A stretch of DNA of 64,000 nucleotides, from contig MU054323.1 in assembly GCA_013239625.1 (NCBI GenBank), forward strand, positions 248,001 through 312,000, read 5' to 3'. The stretch's first letter is position 1; each line of letters begins with the position of its first letter. Made by a program: the position numbers and the translations under genes. This document shows, piece by piece, positions 13,190 through 25,705 of the stretch. The notes beneath the pieces are model-generated. The model did not search any database. It saw only the letters and a program-made list of their open reading frames with translations, and was not told the origin of the DNA. This stretch comes from Lama guanicoe. Lineage: Eukaryota.

Positions 13190-13735
13190 CACTTACTTAA
13201 CTTTGTCCCAGGAACCTTAAAGCAATTCTATAAAGTATATAAATTTGTTGCCATTTTACAGATAAGAAAATTGACTCAGAGAGGCCAAATTTGCTCAGGT
13301 ATACAGAAATGCAATCAATTTTTGTATATTGATCTTGTATCCTGCAACCTTGTACAACTCACTTGTTAATTCTGTTAGCTTTATTTTATATTTCATTGGC
13401 TTTTCTATTTGAGTGATCATGTCATCTGCAAATAAAGTTTTGCTTCCTTTCCAATTGGATGCCTTTTTTTTGCTTCATGGCACCAGCTATAAACTGCAAT
13501 ATATGATACTGAGTTGAACTGGTGAGAAGGGACACCCTTGTCATGTTTCTGATTTTAGGGGGAAAGCATCCAGTCTCTTTCACCATTAAGTAAAATATAG
13601 GTGTTCTGTAGAAGTCTTTTGTCAGGTTGAGGAAGTTCCTTCCTTTCTATTCCCAGTTTACTGAAAGCACAGTTAGGGCAGATAGGCAGGATTTAAACCC
13701 AGTGTCTCAGACCTCGAACCCTGTGCACTCAGCCC
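13190..13735 (-). mobile_element. MIR SINE split by an L1 ORF2 fragment (L1 ~13299-13667)
   Basis: MIR core attttacagataagaaaattgactcagagagg..ttgctcagg resumes at cacagttag..ggatttaaacccag; the intervening sequence is antisense L1 (tatattgatcttgtatcctgcaacc..ttgaggaagttcct). Confidence 0.7.
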
Positions 13736-14799
13736 TTCTAGCAGCAGGAATGAGTACTTTTTCTCCATTTCTTGCCAGTTCATTTTACAAAAAGCCATTC
13801 CCCCACCCCCGAAAATATTTCTTTAACTAGGCCATGGGGAGGAACAGATTTCTCAAAGGCTGTTTCATCAGAAACTTGATGAACGTTCTGTGTTGCTCTA
13901 ATGTACAGGTTCTTATTTCTCATCAGCTAGACTCTTCATTAATTTCATGTAAGTGGTGTAATTAAAGTAACTGTTAATTGGTGTATTACTAAGGTGCCAT
14001 TATGGTCTGTGACAAGCCTTAATTAGCATGTGGTCTGGCACTCAACGTGCTCAACGAATCACTTGGAAACAGAAATCGTTGTCTCAAGAGTGCACTTGCC
14101 ATGAGCAGAAAGGTAGTGCAATTTTAAGGCGATGGGAGAAAAAAAGGAAAGAAAAGAATAACCTCCAATGTTTTCTTCTCATGGAAGTGGACTCTTCATT
14201 GGCCCAGTGAGCAGCACCTCCACAGTCAAATGGGCAGGGCTGTATACCGAGTGTTGGGCTCCACTTAACTGCAGGATGATGTATAAAGAAACCACCTTTC
14301 ATTGTCTCATGAAACAAAGACATCTCTTTAACCTATGTAGCTGTTCTTTACAATAGGTGACCTCTAAAACACAGGGACCTCACTACTTCCTCTCTCTAGA
14401 ATGTCCTGGAAATTTCCTACCTATTTGGGGATCGAGGAGTCAACTCATTCATCCTTTCTTACATCAAGACAGCCATCAACTCATCCGATAACTACTTTCT
14501 GAGCACCCATTATGTGCCTAGGGTTCTAAGGAGACCAGAAGAGGAATGAGACCTTGCCTTTCCCTTGAGAAGCTCCTTGCCCTTGTTCACACAGTACCTG
14601 GGCTTACTTTCGTTTACCACCTGACACAGTAACTGGCTTTCTGCCACCAGTATCCCTTAGGGACACTGCAGTCCTTGAGGGTGATTTTGTTCTACTTTGT
14701 ACCTCTGGCCCTTAGTCACTTAATGCAACACCTGAAATATTAAAATATTAATTAACAGGCTGTCAATATGACTCATTTCATGGCATAAAATGAGTGGTG

Positions 14800-15030
14800 G
14801 ATATAGTGGAAAGAATATCACTGTAGAATGAGAACACTTGCCAGCTGGGTCAGTCTCGACCAATTACTTTGTCTTTTTGAGCCTCAGTTTTGCTTGTCTT
14901 CAAAATGGGAATAAAAATTACACAGTTTTGAAACTGATGTATAGCTCAAATGAGATACTTTATATGATGACACATGTTAAACTGAAAAGTGCCATTCAAA
15001 TCAATGGTTGTAACTGCATTTGTTATTAAT
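14800..15030 (+). mobile_element. MIR SINE
   Basis: tgagcctcagttttgcttgtcttcaaaatgggaataa MIR core. Confidence 0.65.
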
Positions 15031-16029
15031 TTAAAAATTTCACCATTACCGTTTAAGATAACCACCTTAAGAACATTAATTGCCTCTTCTGTTCTGAAAA
15101 ATTTCCAAAGTTGATCTTCACAGTTCAGGGAACTCTTCTACTATCTATCCGTCCTATCGGTCAGAAAGAAAATCAAGACAAGACTTCAACCAATTTCCTA
15201 GAGATTTCTATTAAACGCAAACTCATAGATTTATTTGTTTAGATTTCTAAATGAACCCAGAACAGATAAATTATCCAGAATTTTGATTCAATGTGCATCA
15301 ATCTATTGTTTCTAGAGAAAAACCTATTCCATTAAGCCATGACCTGTTTAATTAACTAGCCTACCAAATTTCAATTTTAATTCAGTTGAGACGATATCAC
15401 CTGAGTTTGTGCCAAGCCTTGGGCTGGATGCTAAGGGTGAAATAATAAAAGAAACATGTCTGGTTTATAAATTAGCATGGTTTGTGTATATAACTCACCT
15501 ACTAAATAGCTGTAGCAGCTTACAAAAAACAATAGCTAGTGGCCAGAATCCTTATATCTGTAGTGAAATATTGGAAATAACCAATAAGTAATGGCAACTA
15601 AAAACTGGAAAACTATCTTCCAGGTAAAATAAAGTTTGGAAGTTTGTTTGTTTGTTTTTTTTTTTACTTAGAATCACAGGTAACTGTGTAATAGCTTGTA
15701 TAGAAGCAATGATGGAAAGGCCAACGGGACTTTCACAGACCTCACAGATCTTGGGGTACTTAGAATATCCACAGTCAAAGGAAAGGGAAAAAAAAAAAAA
15801 AGAGTTGCTATACTCCATTGTTTGGGGAGAACACATCTGTTTTTTAAAGACTGATCTTTGAGCATGTGCAGATGGAGAGTCTGAGAGGACTCCACAGGGA
15901 GCTTATAAGCACTGACAATGGAAAGCTGTTGGTCAAAAGATGATTAAAAAAAAAAAAAATGGCTTCCAAAGAGAGAGAGCGGGACTCGAGTCTCCAAGTT
16001 GCACGCTTGATTGAGCACCATTCACATTG

Positions 16030-16048
16030 TAGACTCTAGGGGGCGCCA
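16030..16048 (+). promoter_or_regulatory. Candidate CTCF site
   Basis: ACTCTAGGGGGCGCCA closely matches the CTCF core CCACYAGGGGGCGC; CpGs retained in an otherwise AT-rich context. Confidence 0.5.
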
Positions 16049-16075
16049 TTCATGTAGCCACCATTCTTAAAAAAA

Positions 16076-16853
16076 TTTTTTTTTTAAATTGGAGTTGATT
16101 TACAATGTTGTGTTAGTTTCTGGTGTACAGGGGTTCCATTTTACACACACACACGCACACACACACACACACATATTCTTTCATATTCTCTTTCATTATA
16201 GGTCATTACAAGATATTGAATATAGTTCCCTGTGCCATACAATAGGTCTTTACTGTTGATCTATTTTACATATACCAGTTTGTACCTGCTAATCCCAAAC
16301 TCCTAATTTACCCCTCTCACACCCCCTTTCTCCTCTGGTAGCCATAGTTTGTTTTCTATGTCTGTGAGTCTATTTCAGTTTTGAAAATAAGCTCATTTGC
16401 ATCATTTTTTTTTTTTTAGATTCCACATATAAGTGATATCAAATGATATTTGTCTTTCTCTGGCTGACTGACTTTACTTAGTATGATAATCTCTAGGTCC
16501 ATCCATGTTGCTGCAAATGTCATTATTTCATTATTTTTAATGACTTAATAGTATTCCATTGTGTAAATATACCACATCTTCTATATCCAGTCATCTGTTG
16601 ATGGACATTTCAGTTGCTTCCATTCTTGGCTATTGTAAACAGTGCTGCCATGAACATTGGGGTCCATGTATCTTTTTGAACTACAGTTTTCTCTGGATAT
16701 ATGCCCAGGAGTAGGATTGCTGGATCATATGGTAACACTATTTTTAGTTTTTTAAGGAATCTCCATAATGTTTTCCATAGCGGCTGCACCAAATTACATT
16801 CCAACCAGCAGTGTAGGAGGGTTCCCTTCTCACCACACCCTCCCCAGCATTTA
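16076..16853 (-). mobile_element. 5'-truncated artiodactyl/camelid L1 (ORF2 C-terminus + 3' UTR) with (CA)n
   Basis: ORF 16610..16963 reads as the L1 ORF2 C-terminus ([37 protein letters not shown]); poly(T) tail near 16076. Confidence 0.9.
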
Positions 16854-17874
16854 TAGATAGCAATCTTGTACAGGCAGGGACTCAGCTTATGAGTAAGGAC
16901 TTCATCCAGGCCCTGCTTTTGGGGATCAGTATGTAACACCAGAACCATTTCACAATTACACATATGTGTTATTTTATTTATAAGTTAACATATTTTTCAT
17001 GTGTATGTAAATATATAGCTGTATTAATAAATTTAGCAAATCTGTACGTAAGTCAATCTAGAGACTAAATCTAGTTCTTGAGTAACGTAAACAAACCCTA
17101 CAGGTACCATCAAAGACAGAAACCTGAACTGGACAGACACGATCGGTGGATTTCCTGGTTAGGGAGGTCAATTATCAAGGTCTGCTTGAGTCAGTGAAAC
17201 CATGCATGGGTCAGCCAAGGTCAACGCTGTAAAACTGTTGGAAAAATAATTACAATACCCTGCCATGTAATTCATAGACACTGAGAATTTATAAATTAAG
17301 AAATTGTGTATTAGAATACTTGGCATTTGGTCCAATAGCTTCAAAAAAAAAGTAATAATTATGACCAAAGGGTTAATGCCTAAGAGTTCTATTCTGATAT
17401 CAAATTATTCTAAGTCAAGACAAGAGAAGTCTATAAATATATTTTGTGTGGCAGCCTCGCTGTGACTCTCCGAAACTTCTCTCAATGAGCGTCATTATCC
17501 AAGGCTGCAATTTTCAGATCCTGCATGCACAAATAATGGCTGTTCATTCATTGTATAACTCCTGGTGAGGAACTGGTCTCAGCTTCTCTTTTACAAAGCT
17601 CAACATGCTAGGGGGAAAAAAAAGGATTGAAGATAATAGCTTTTTAAGGTCTTTCTGAAGGGGTATGATATTCCAGAAGCATCTTCTTAACCCTCTAAGA
17701 ATCCAGTGTTTCTTCTGCCCAGGTAATTCTTTCAAATCCTTTTTAACAAGGCTGGTATTCCAATATTTTATTTTGGATATCAGCTGACAAAGTAAATGTA
17801 CATTTACCCAAAATAAATGTGCAGGTTAAGTCTCTCTTACTCCACTGAGGGAGGCAGGATTGGACTTTAACCAT

Positions 17875-18090
17875 TTATTTTAAGAAATTGTTATCATGAG
17901 CTTATTAAGTTTTGACCAGTGTTTTAGGTGCTGAAGATTCAGCCCTGAACAAAGAGGCAAAGACCCTGCATTCATGAAATTTACATTCCAGTAGGAAAGA
18001 TAGAATTAACCAGTGAACACATGTTACTGTGTCAGATGGGGAACGGCTATAAAGGAAAACGGAGCAGGGTGAAGCGACAGTGACAGAATG
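17875..18090 (-). mobile_element. LINE-2 3' end
   Basis: ttttaggtgctgaagattcagccctgaacaaagaggcaaagaccctgcattcatgaaatttacattccagt. Confidence 0.65.
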
Positions 18091-18134
18091 TTTTTAAAGG
18101 TCTGATTGTTGTTGCTTTTTGTTTTTTTAATGAA

Positions 18135-19090
18135 AGGACATGGAGAAAATATTTGCAACAGATGTAGCTAGCGAAGGACTTATGTCTAGAACCGAAAAAG
18201 AACTTTCCAACTCAGTAATGAGACAAACAACCCAATTTTAAAACAGGCTGAAGACCTAACAGACATTTCAAGAAGGAATAGAAGCGGCCAATAGGCACAT
18301 AAAAAGATATTCAACATCTTTTTAGTCATGGGAAAATGTAAATTATGAAGACAATGAGATACTACTACAAACCACACAGGATGAAGAAACAATTTTTAAA
18401 GACATAAAATACCAAACATTGGCAAGGGCGTAGGGCAACAAAATTTCATTATTGCTGGTGAGAATGTAAAATGGGACAAGCAATTCGGAAAATGATTTGG
18501 CTTTTTCTTGTAAAATTAAAATAAACTTATCTTATGGTCCAACAATTCTATACTTACGTAATTACCCAAGTGGAATGAAAATATCTGTTCACAGAAAAGA
18601 CTTGTGAATAATGTTTACAGTAGCTTTATAGACAATAATAAAAAAAACTGCAACTACCCCTCAACACACACACGCGTGTTGATCAATAGGTCAATGGATA
18701 AACAAACTGGAATATTCATAAAATGAAAAAGAACACCTACTGATTACTCACAATAAGTGTGGATGAATCACTATGCTGAGGAGGAGAGAAGCCAGACACA
18801 AAAAGTCCAGACTGTGTGGTACCATTTACACGAAGTTCTTGAGCAGGCAAAACTCATACAGTGATCGATTCCAGATCAGTGGTGGCCTGGGAAGCGAGTG
18901 AGGGGAGGACTGTGGCTGGTAGTGACTCCGAAGGCAATAAAGAAACTTTTGAGGGTGATGGAGAAACTCTATGTTTTAATCAGAGTGATAGCTACACAGG
19001 TGTGAACATTGATCAACACTCAGCAAACTGTTTACTTAAAATACACGCATTTTACTGTTTGCAAATTACACTTTGATAAAGTTGAGACGC
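18135..19090 (+). mobile_element. Ancient L1M (L1ME/MC-like) ORF2 end + 3' UTR
   Basis: ggagaaaatatttgcaa..attgctggtgagaatgtaaaatgg..ttttgagggtgatggagaaactct. Confidence 0.75.
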
Positions 19091-19309
19091 ATTTTTTAAA
19101 AGAAAGGAGTTCAGATTGAAGTTCAAGACTTACTAGATGGGTTTAAATGGAGATGAGAACCAACAGGGAAAACTGGTAAATTAGAATTTAAACAAAACAG
19201 TCAGAATGCATCACAGAGACTAAGAAAGGAAGGTCAAGAGACTGGGAGGATTGGGCGAGAGAAGGTCTAACGTATTCCACTTGGATCTCTGTTAGGAAAG
19301 CAGTGAGAA

Positions 19310-20655
19310 CTCTCCCAGCCGATGCCCCAAGGAGCAGAGATGAGCCCGTCTCACTGAGCCTTGCCCAGACTGCAGATTCACGAGCAAAATTAATCATTGC
19401 TGTTGTTTTAAGCCACCAAGGATGAGGTAGGTTTTTTGTTTTTATAAAACCGTAGATAACTGGGATAGGTTTTGGTACAGGGCATCTGGTGTTGCTGTAA
19501 CAAACGTAAAAGATGTAGTGTCAGCTTTGGGACCAGACATGATAGAAATCAAAGGGCTTGAGGAGGCTGTTGGTGAAGACTTGAAGGTGAGAAAAGTGTG
19601 ATCAGAAGCTAGAAGACAGAAGATCTTGCATTCAAGGAGATGAAATGTGACAGTATTATCACCCGGGTAACATGAAAATTAAGAAATGTACCTAATGAAT
19701 GTACAGTCCAGTTAAGGAAATTTCCAGGCCGAGTGGTGTTCTGTGGCTCCTCCAAGTTGCTTGTGATAACATGAGAGGCAGAGAAGTAAGATAACAAAGA
19801 GCTTTTTAAATTAAAGAAAAAAAAAAGGTACCCACATGAATTGAAAACTTTTGTCCACACAAAAACCCACACACAAATGTTTATAGCAACTTTGCTTTTA
19901 ACCGCCCAAACTTGGAAGCAACCAAGGTGTCCTTCAATAGGGAAATTAATCAATAAACTGTGGTATAAATAGACAATGAAATATTACTCAACAATGCAAA
20001 GTAATGAGTTATCAAGTCAGGAAAAGATATAGAGTAAACCTAAAGGCACATTTTCAAGTGAAGAAAGGCAGTCTGAAAAGGCCACACGCTATATGATCCC
20101 AACAATATGACATTCTGGAAAAATCAAAACTATGGAGACAGTAAAAAGATCAGGGGTTGCCAGGGTTTTGGGAGGAGGAGGGGATGAATAGGTGGAGCAC
20201 AGAACACTCTTAAGGCAGTGACACCATTCTCTGTGATGCTATAATGGTCAATATATGTCATCATACATTTGTCAAAAACAGTGGAACGTACAACACAAAA
20301 TGTGAAGCTCAATGTGAACCGTGAACTTGGGTGGACAATGTTGGTTTGGTTCATCATTTGTCACAAACGTCCTCCATGATGTTGGAAGTTAGTGTTGAGG
20401 AGTTTGTGTTTGGTGAAGAAGGGGGTATGTGGGAATGTAACATTTTCCACTTAACTTCGTTGTGAACATAAAACTGCTCTTAAAAAAAAAAGTCTATTAA
20501 TTAAAAAAAAAACCTTAAAAAAAGCAAAGGGCAGGATGTACTGTGTTAGAAAATAAAATTTTTTCTCATACTCAGTCTCTCCAGATGGTAAATAATTTTC
20601 AAATTAAGAATGATTTCCAGGCAAAGATCAAATCCAGGGCACTTTCAGGAAGATA
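19310..20655 (+). mobile_element. MLT1 LTR 3' part plus MLT1 internal sequence, interrupted by an L1MC
   Basis: LTR end ttgttttaagccacc..gtagataactgg, then MaLR-int start ttttggtac..gttgctgtaacaaa; internal sequence resumes ~20530. Confidence 0.6.
19828..20525 (+). mobile_element. L1MC-like 3' end nested in the MLT1 internal region
   Basis: aaaacttttgtccacacaaaaacc..acattctggaaaaatcaaaactatggagacagtaaaaagatca..aaaactgctct + A tail. Confidence 0.8.
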
Positions 20656-20659
20656 TGGT

Positions 20660-20780
20660 TGTATTAGTCAGGGTTCTCCAGAAAAACAGAATCAATAGGC
20701 TATATTTGTAAATATATATGAGAAAATTTACTACAAAAATTGGCTCACACAATATGGAGGCTGAGAAGTCCCACATAACG
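20660..20780 (-). mobile_element. MLT2 LTR fragment
   Basis: tgtattagtcagggttctccagaaaaacagaa..attggctcacacaat..ggaggctgagaagtccca. Confidence 0.75.
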
Positions 20781-22684
20781 CATAATAGATTCTGGATGGG
20801 ATTTACAAGAGCCAGACAACATTGGTGACCTCTGAGAAAAGATGTGGGTGGGTAAAAAACTTGCACTGTAAATTATGTAAATAAAGTATCTCATTCTAAA
20901 CTTAAAAAATTTTATTACCTTATTTATGTAGAAGTATATGAAGTTTAGAACTTACTTTAAAACACTGTAGCAAGTTAAAAAAAATAAACGTCTAGACAGA
21001 CAGAAGATCAGCAAAATGTTGATCGTGTTGAAACTAGGTTACAGTTGATGGGATGTCTGCATTTTAAGTTTCTGTAACAAAAAATGTATATAAAGAAACC
21101 TGCAGAGTTTTGAGTCAAAACTCAAACTAAGCACACATGTTTGAATCCTCTCCATCTTAAGATGCCACTAAAATAACCTAAAATGCATTTTAAAGCTATA
21201 TTCACAAGACAACTATATCCCCTAAAATAACATAAATTGCATTTTAAAGCTGTAATTCACAACATCATTTAAAATTACATCAATGACAACCAAAAAACAG
21301 AATCAACCTACAGAGGTGGTTCAATAAATTAGTGTGTAGTCACAGGATGTGAAATTATGCAGCGGGCGCCCAGAATTGGAAGGTAAATTGCTCCTAAGAT
21401 GGATTTATTTCATTCAGGGACCAAGGCTGGTTAAAGCACTTCCATGTGGTCCCTTCCACTTGCAAATGGAAGTGGAGAGGGACTGACAGATCCTTCCTGT
21501 CCAGGGATGAGAGCAAAGTCTCTCAAACACTATGACTTGATTTGAGCAACTGGACATTTTTTGGTTAATTTGTTACTACAGTACCTAGCTTTACCCAAAG
21601 CGACACACACAGATTTTCCAATAGACACATCCAAAACCTGAACCCCCAAAGAAGAGGGTGGGTTTGCCCCCTGGGGTCCTTGATCAGCCAGCAGCTGACG
21701 ATATGTCGCAAGACTTAATGGTTCAGGCCCCACCTTACCTCCCTCCTCCTCATTTCACTCTCTCCACAAAAGGGGGGCCAGGCAGGCCGGCTCGTACTGT
21801 CCCCACTCCACAGAGCAGACAGCTGAAGCTCACTGGGCAAAGTGATGTGTCCCCACTCTTCTCACTTGACCGGAGCGGCAGCGACAGGGTGGGGCTAACC
21901 TCAATGTGCTCATGAGAGCCCCGGAGATCCGTGTGCACCTTCTCGAAGCCGTATCGCGTGAGAAAGTGGGGCTGGCTCTCCAGCTGGGATGGGGCTTCCC
22001 TGGGATTTGATCTGGGGATTGACCCGGGATGGCGGCATTATCCACAGGCACGGGAGAAGCCCCATGGGAGACAGCAGGGTGACTGTGGGAGGAAATCACA
22101 GAAACCTCCCAGAGCACTACGTCTGCTTTCACACCAGCTGCAAAGTGCAAGCTGATATTAAATTGTCCACTTCGTTCGCCTGGTCTAGAGGACCTGAAAT
22201 CCTGTCTGAGCCTGTCTGTCATCAGATCTGCTGTGTGGCTGGCGGGCTGTAGCCCAGAATCTTCTGTGCCTGGAGCAGGCTCTGCTGTTCCAGGCTTTGG
22301 GAAGGAAGGCAGAGCCCCCTTGCTTGTTCTCAACCTCAGTTTTCTCATGGGTAAGGCTGAGACCTTGGGGCTGGGAGGATGTTAAAGTATCATGTGTGAA
22401 AATGATTTGTTAAGCTGTGAAAGGCACATCTAATGTTATCTCATTAAGTGAGATATTACATGTAAAATATCCACCAGGGGCCTGCCATGTAAGTAGGCAG
22501 TCAACCTAAAATTTCTCTCACCTGCTCCCTGCTATTTCTACCGTGATTATTATTTCATCCCAAGCCCACCTCCATGGCGTGAAGTCTCAGGGGATGCCAG
22601 TGCCCCTTCTCATCCTATATTATTATCATCTTCTGGTGGCCAATTTCAGATTCCAAAAGCGGCACAGCTGTATTTTCAGTCCCC

Positions 22685-23185
22685 TGTGGTCTTCCAGACC
22701 CTTGCCACTCCCTGTGGAGAGGTAGGATTTACCTCTCCTTGAATATGGATGGGACACCGCGGCTGCTGTGTTGGGTACAGCGTGGTGGCAGTGATACTGG
22801 GTGATTTCTGAGACGAGTTCATAACGGGTGATGTCATACCTACTAGAATCTCTTGGGATACTTGTGTTTGAAATCAGCCCCCATGCTGTGAGGGAGCCCA
22901 AATCAGCCCACAGGGAGAGTCCACACGGAGAAGCCCAGGGAGAGGAACAGAGGCTCCCAGCCCAGAACCGGCTCAATCATCAGACCCACAAGGGAGCCAG
23001 CCTTTACATGATCCCAGTCCCTGTACTTTGAGTTTCCCAGATGCGCCATCAAGGAGCAGAGGCAAGCTGTCCCCACTGAGTCCTGTCTAAATTCCCAGCC
23101 CACAGAACCAGTGAGCCCAGTAAATGGTTGCTTTACGCCAGTGAGTTTTGGAGGACTATTGGGTGCAGCCCTAGTGACGGGGACA
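22685..23185 (+). mobile_element. MaLR solo LTR, MLT1G/H-like
   Basis: ccatgctgtgagggagcccaa..ggagcagaggcaagctgtcccc..aaattcccagcccacagaa..taaatggttgcttt. Confidence 0.7.
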
Positions 23186-23299
23186 TCCCCCGGCGCATCA
23201 CAGAGCTCTTGAAGAGGGAGGCTGCGTCATCTGCGTTCTCCTCAGCAAGCTGAGCGGAGGACCCAGCAGTGTTCCGTCAGGACGCTCAGCACCTCCTTC

Positions 23300-23800
23300 C
23301 GTCATTTTGGAATGCCTCTGCGCCCCTGGAGGCCAGAACTCCTGAGATGCCACTGCCCTCATGAGGCTTATAGTTTAGTTGGAAGTGGAGGAGAGGAGAC
23401 GACAAACAAAAAAGGACACAAAGTTATTCCAAATTATTATACACAGGGACATACACAGAGTGAAGGCGGTGTGCAGAAAGGGAGACCTACCTGAATAGGA
23501 TGGCTAGCAAAGGCCTCTCTGAGGAGGCGACACCAAGATGGGAAGACTTGGGAGGGGGAGGAATGTGGCAGGGAGGGGCTGAGGAACATTCCAGGCGATG
23601 GAGCCAATGCAAAGGCCTGTGAGTGGAAAGAGCTTGAAATGTCTGGGGCAATGGAAGACGGCCAGCGTGGAGGGGCCTGGTGCTCCAGGGCAGGGCTGGG
23701 AGCTGGAAGGGTGAGGAAGGGGCGGCCACGAAAAGCCGTCTGGATTTTCCTCTGAAAGCTGTGGGGAGCCATGGCTGGGGTGGGGCTTAAGCACATTAGT
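23300..23800 (-). mobile_element. LINE-2 fragment
   Basis: ggaacattccaggcgatggagccaatgcaaaggcctgtgagtggaaagagcttg. Confidence 0.65.
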
Positions 23801-24062
23801 AGGATTCTCAAAAATTTGCCTAATGCCTCTTTGGTCTCACTTTCCACACCAGCCGTGCCTGAGAGAACAGAGGCTGAGGGAGGGCTGGTGTGAGCCCACA
23901 TGTCCCCCGGGTCCTTGATGGGAGTTAGACAGTAAATCTCTGAAGATGCTAAGTCAGGTCTCGTGGAGGACAGCGTTCGGCTGGGAAATAAACTCCAGAA
24001 TCAGGCTGGATTGCTGGGATAGGTGTCACCAGGCTCTGAGTTACTGGGAGTGCCCTTGTGAC

Positions 24063-24111
24063 TCTGTCTCTCTATCTCTGTCTCTTTCTCTCTGTCACAC
24101 ACACACACATA

Positions 24112-24144
<33 letters not shown>
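24063..24144. repeat. Compound (TC)n-(CA)n microsatellite
   Basis: Directly visible. Confidence 0.95.
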
Positions 24145-24146
<2 letters not shown>

Positions 24147-25428
24147 TACCAGCCACAAGTAGGTAAGTAAGAAATAAGGAGCTTCTGAACAAAGTCATGG
24201 GGACCAAAGGGACACCCAGGGGCTGTATCCTTTATTGTTCAAAACCCACTTAGGCTGGGGTGTCCGCTGCCTCTCACTTTGCATCCACTTCCGCAGCCCT
24301 GCTTATCCGCTGAGCTGGGAGCAGCCGCAGATGAACCGGGGGTCCCTGGGGAAGGCCCCGAGCAGTCAGCCGGCAGCCTGGGGTCAGGAACCGGCCGCAG
24401 GTAGAGCAGGAACTTCAGGGCAGGGAGGTGGGAGCCTGCGGTCCAGACCCCTCTGTGCCTTGCCTCGTCCAGCAGCAGTGCCGGCTCTCGGTTTAATTGG
24501 CTCAGTGTCCCTGGATTAAGAAAGCAGGCCGTTTGTGGCATCTTTTAGAATCGTTTCTGCTCAAAATGGGTAGAATAAAATTTTAACATTTAAAGCAATA
24601 ACGATCATGGTGGTAATAACCAGCATTTATATTTTCTGCTCTCTGCTGTTTGCCAGGCACTGTATTCACGCATTTGGCTTTCATGATAGGTCCTTAGCTT
24701 TCTAGAAGTGCCAGCTGTCTGACACAAACGCTCCCTCCTGAAGCATCCCCCACCCCAGCGCCTGCGTGCGTGCTCAAATACACACAGACAGAGCTTCCAA
24801 GGAAGCATCCTCATGGAGGGACGCAAAGCTTTCCTTCTTCTTCGTCTTACCCTTCATGGACCCACCAAATAAAGTCCACAGTCTGCCTGAGCAGAAGCTG
24901 GACCAGCGGCATGAGGCCCGAGACAGCTCGGCCCCTGGACCAGGGCTGCGGGGCAAGTTGGGAGCGGGCCAGCCCCAGGGCTGCCCTGCGCGTTGGCCTC
25001 CTTCCTCGGACGTGGCGGGGCTGGCGGGCGCGAGGCCTTGGGCTCTGCCCCCTGCGCGCTGTGTGGCAGTCCGTGGGCCCGTCTTCTGAGTGTGGTCCCC
25101 TCCCAGCTGTTGTGGCCTGAGTTGGGTTTCCCACGCCCGGGCCTGCCCAGGCTGTGACCAGCTGTGACCAGCTGTCAGCCAGTTGTTAGCACTCGGCGCC
25201 TCTCCCCGCCACGTGACAGCTCCCATCATCAGCCGGGGCCCAGAAAAGCTTTCTGACAGGCAGACTAAGGGACAGCCGGCATTCGAGACCTGGGCACCCT
25301 GCGGTCAGGTGGAGACCCAGGCAGAGACCCCCAGAGGTGGAGTCAGAAGACAGACACCCAGACAAACAGGAGCAGAGTCAGAGAGGCTGTGTCAGTGAAA
25401 AGAGAAGGAGAGGAGCAGAGAGATAGAT

Positions 25429-25430
<2 letters not shown>

Positions 25431-25459
<29 letters not shown>
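25431..25459. repeat. (CA)n microsatellite
   Basis: Directly visible. Confidence 0.95.
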
Positions 25460-25462
<3 letters not shown>

Positions 25463-25562
25463 AGCTGGGCTCACAGACAAGGCAGCCAAGAGTCACTTCC
25501 CTCAGCTGGGGGTCCTCCCAGGAGCCAGAAGCTCCAGGAGTCTTCCTCGGGGGTCTCCCCAG

Positions 25563-25705
25563 CCCAGCTACTCAAAGTGTGGTCCACAGACCGGGACCAG
25601 AGACCTCGGCATCCATGAGAGCTGTTAGACCTGTGGAGCCTCAGGCCCACCCCAGACCGGCAGCATCAGAAGGCACATTTTTATGAACCCTGGCAGATTT
25701 GCAGG
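25563..25705 (+). mobile_element. MER5A-like hAT-Charlie DNA transposon remnant
   Basis: gctactcaaagtgtggtcc..ggcatc..gagctgttaga..ctcaggcccacccagacc. Confidence 0.65.

Noticed and set aside
16610..16963. 117-aa ORF with protein-like sequence
   Set aside because: It is the L1 ORF2 C-terminal remnant, not a host gene
21830..22348. 172-aa minus-strand ATG ORF
   Set aside because: Starts in a MIR-derived phrase (MRKLRL) and resembles no known protein
24161..24168. Consensus splice donor AG|GTAAGT after the microsatellite
   Set aside because: No matching acceptor or exon evident; the motif alone is common
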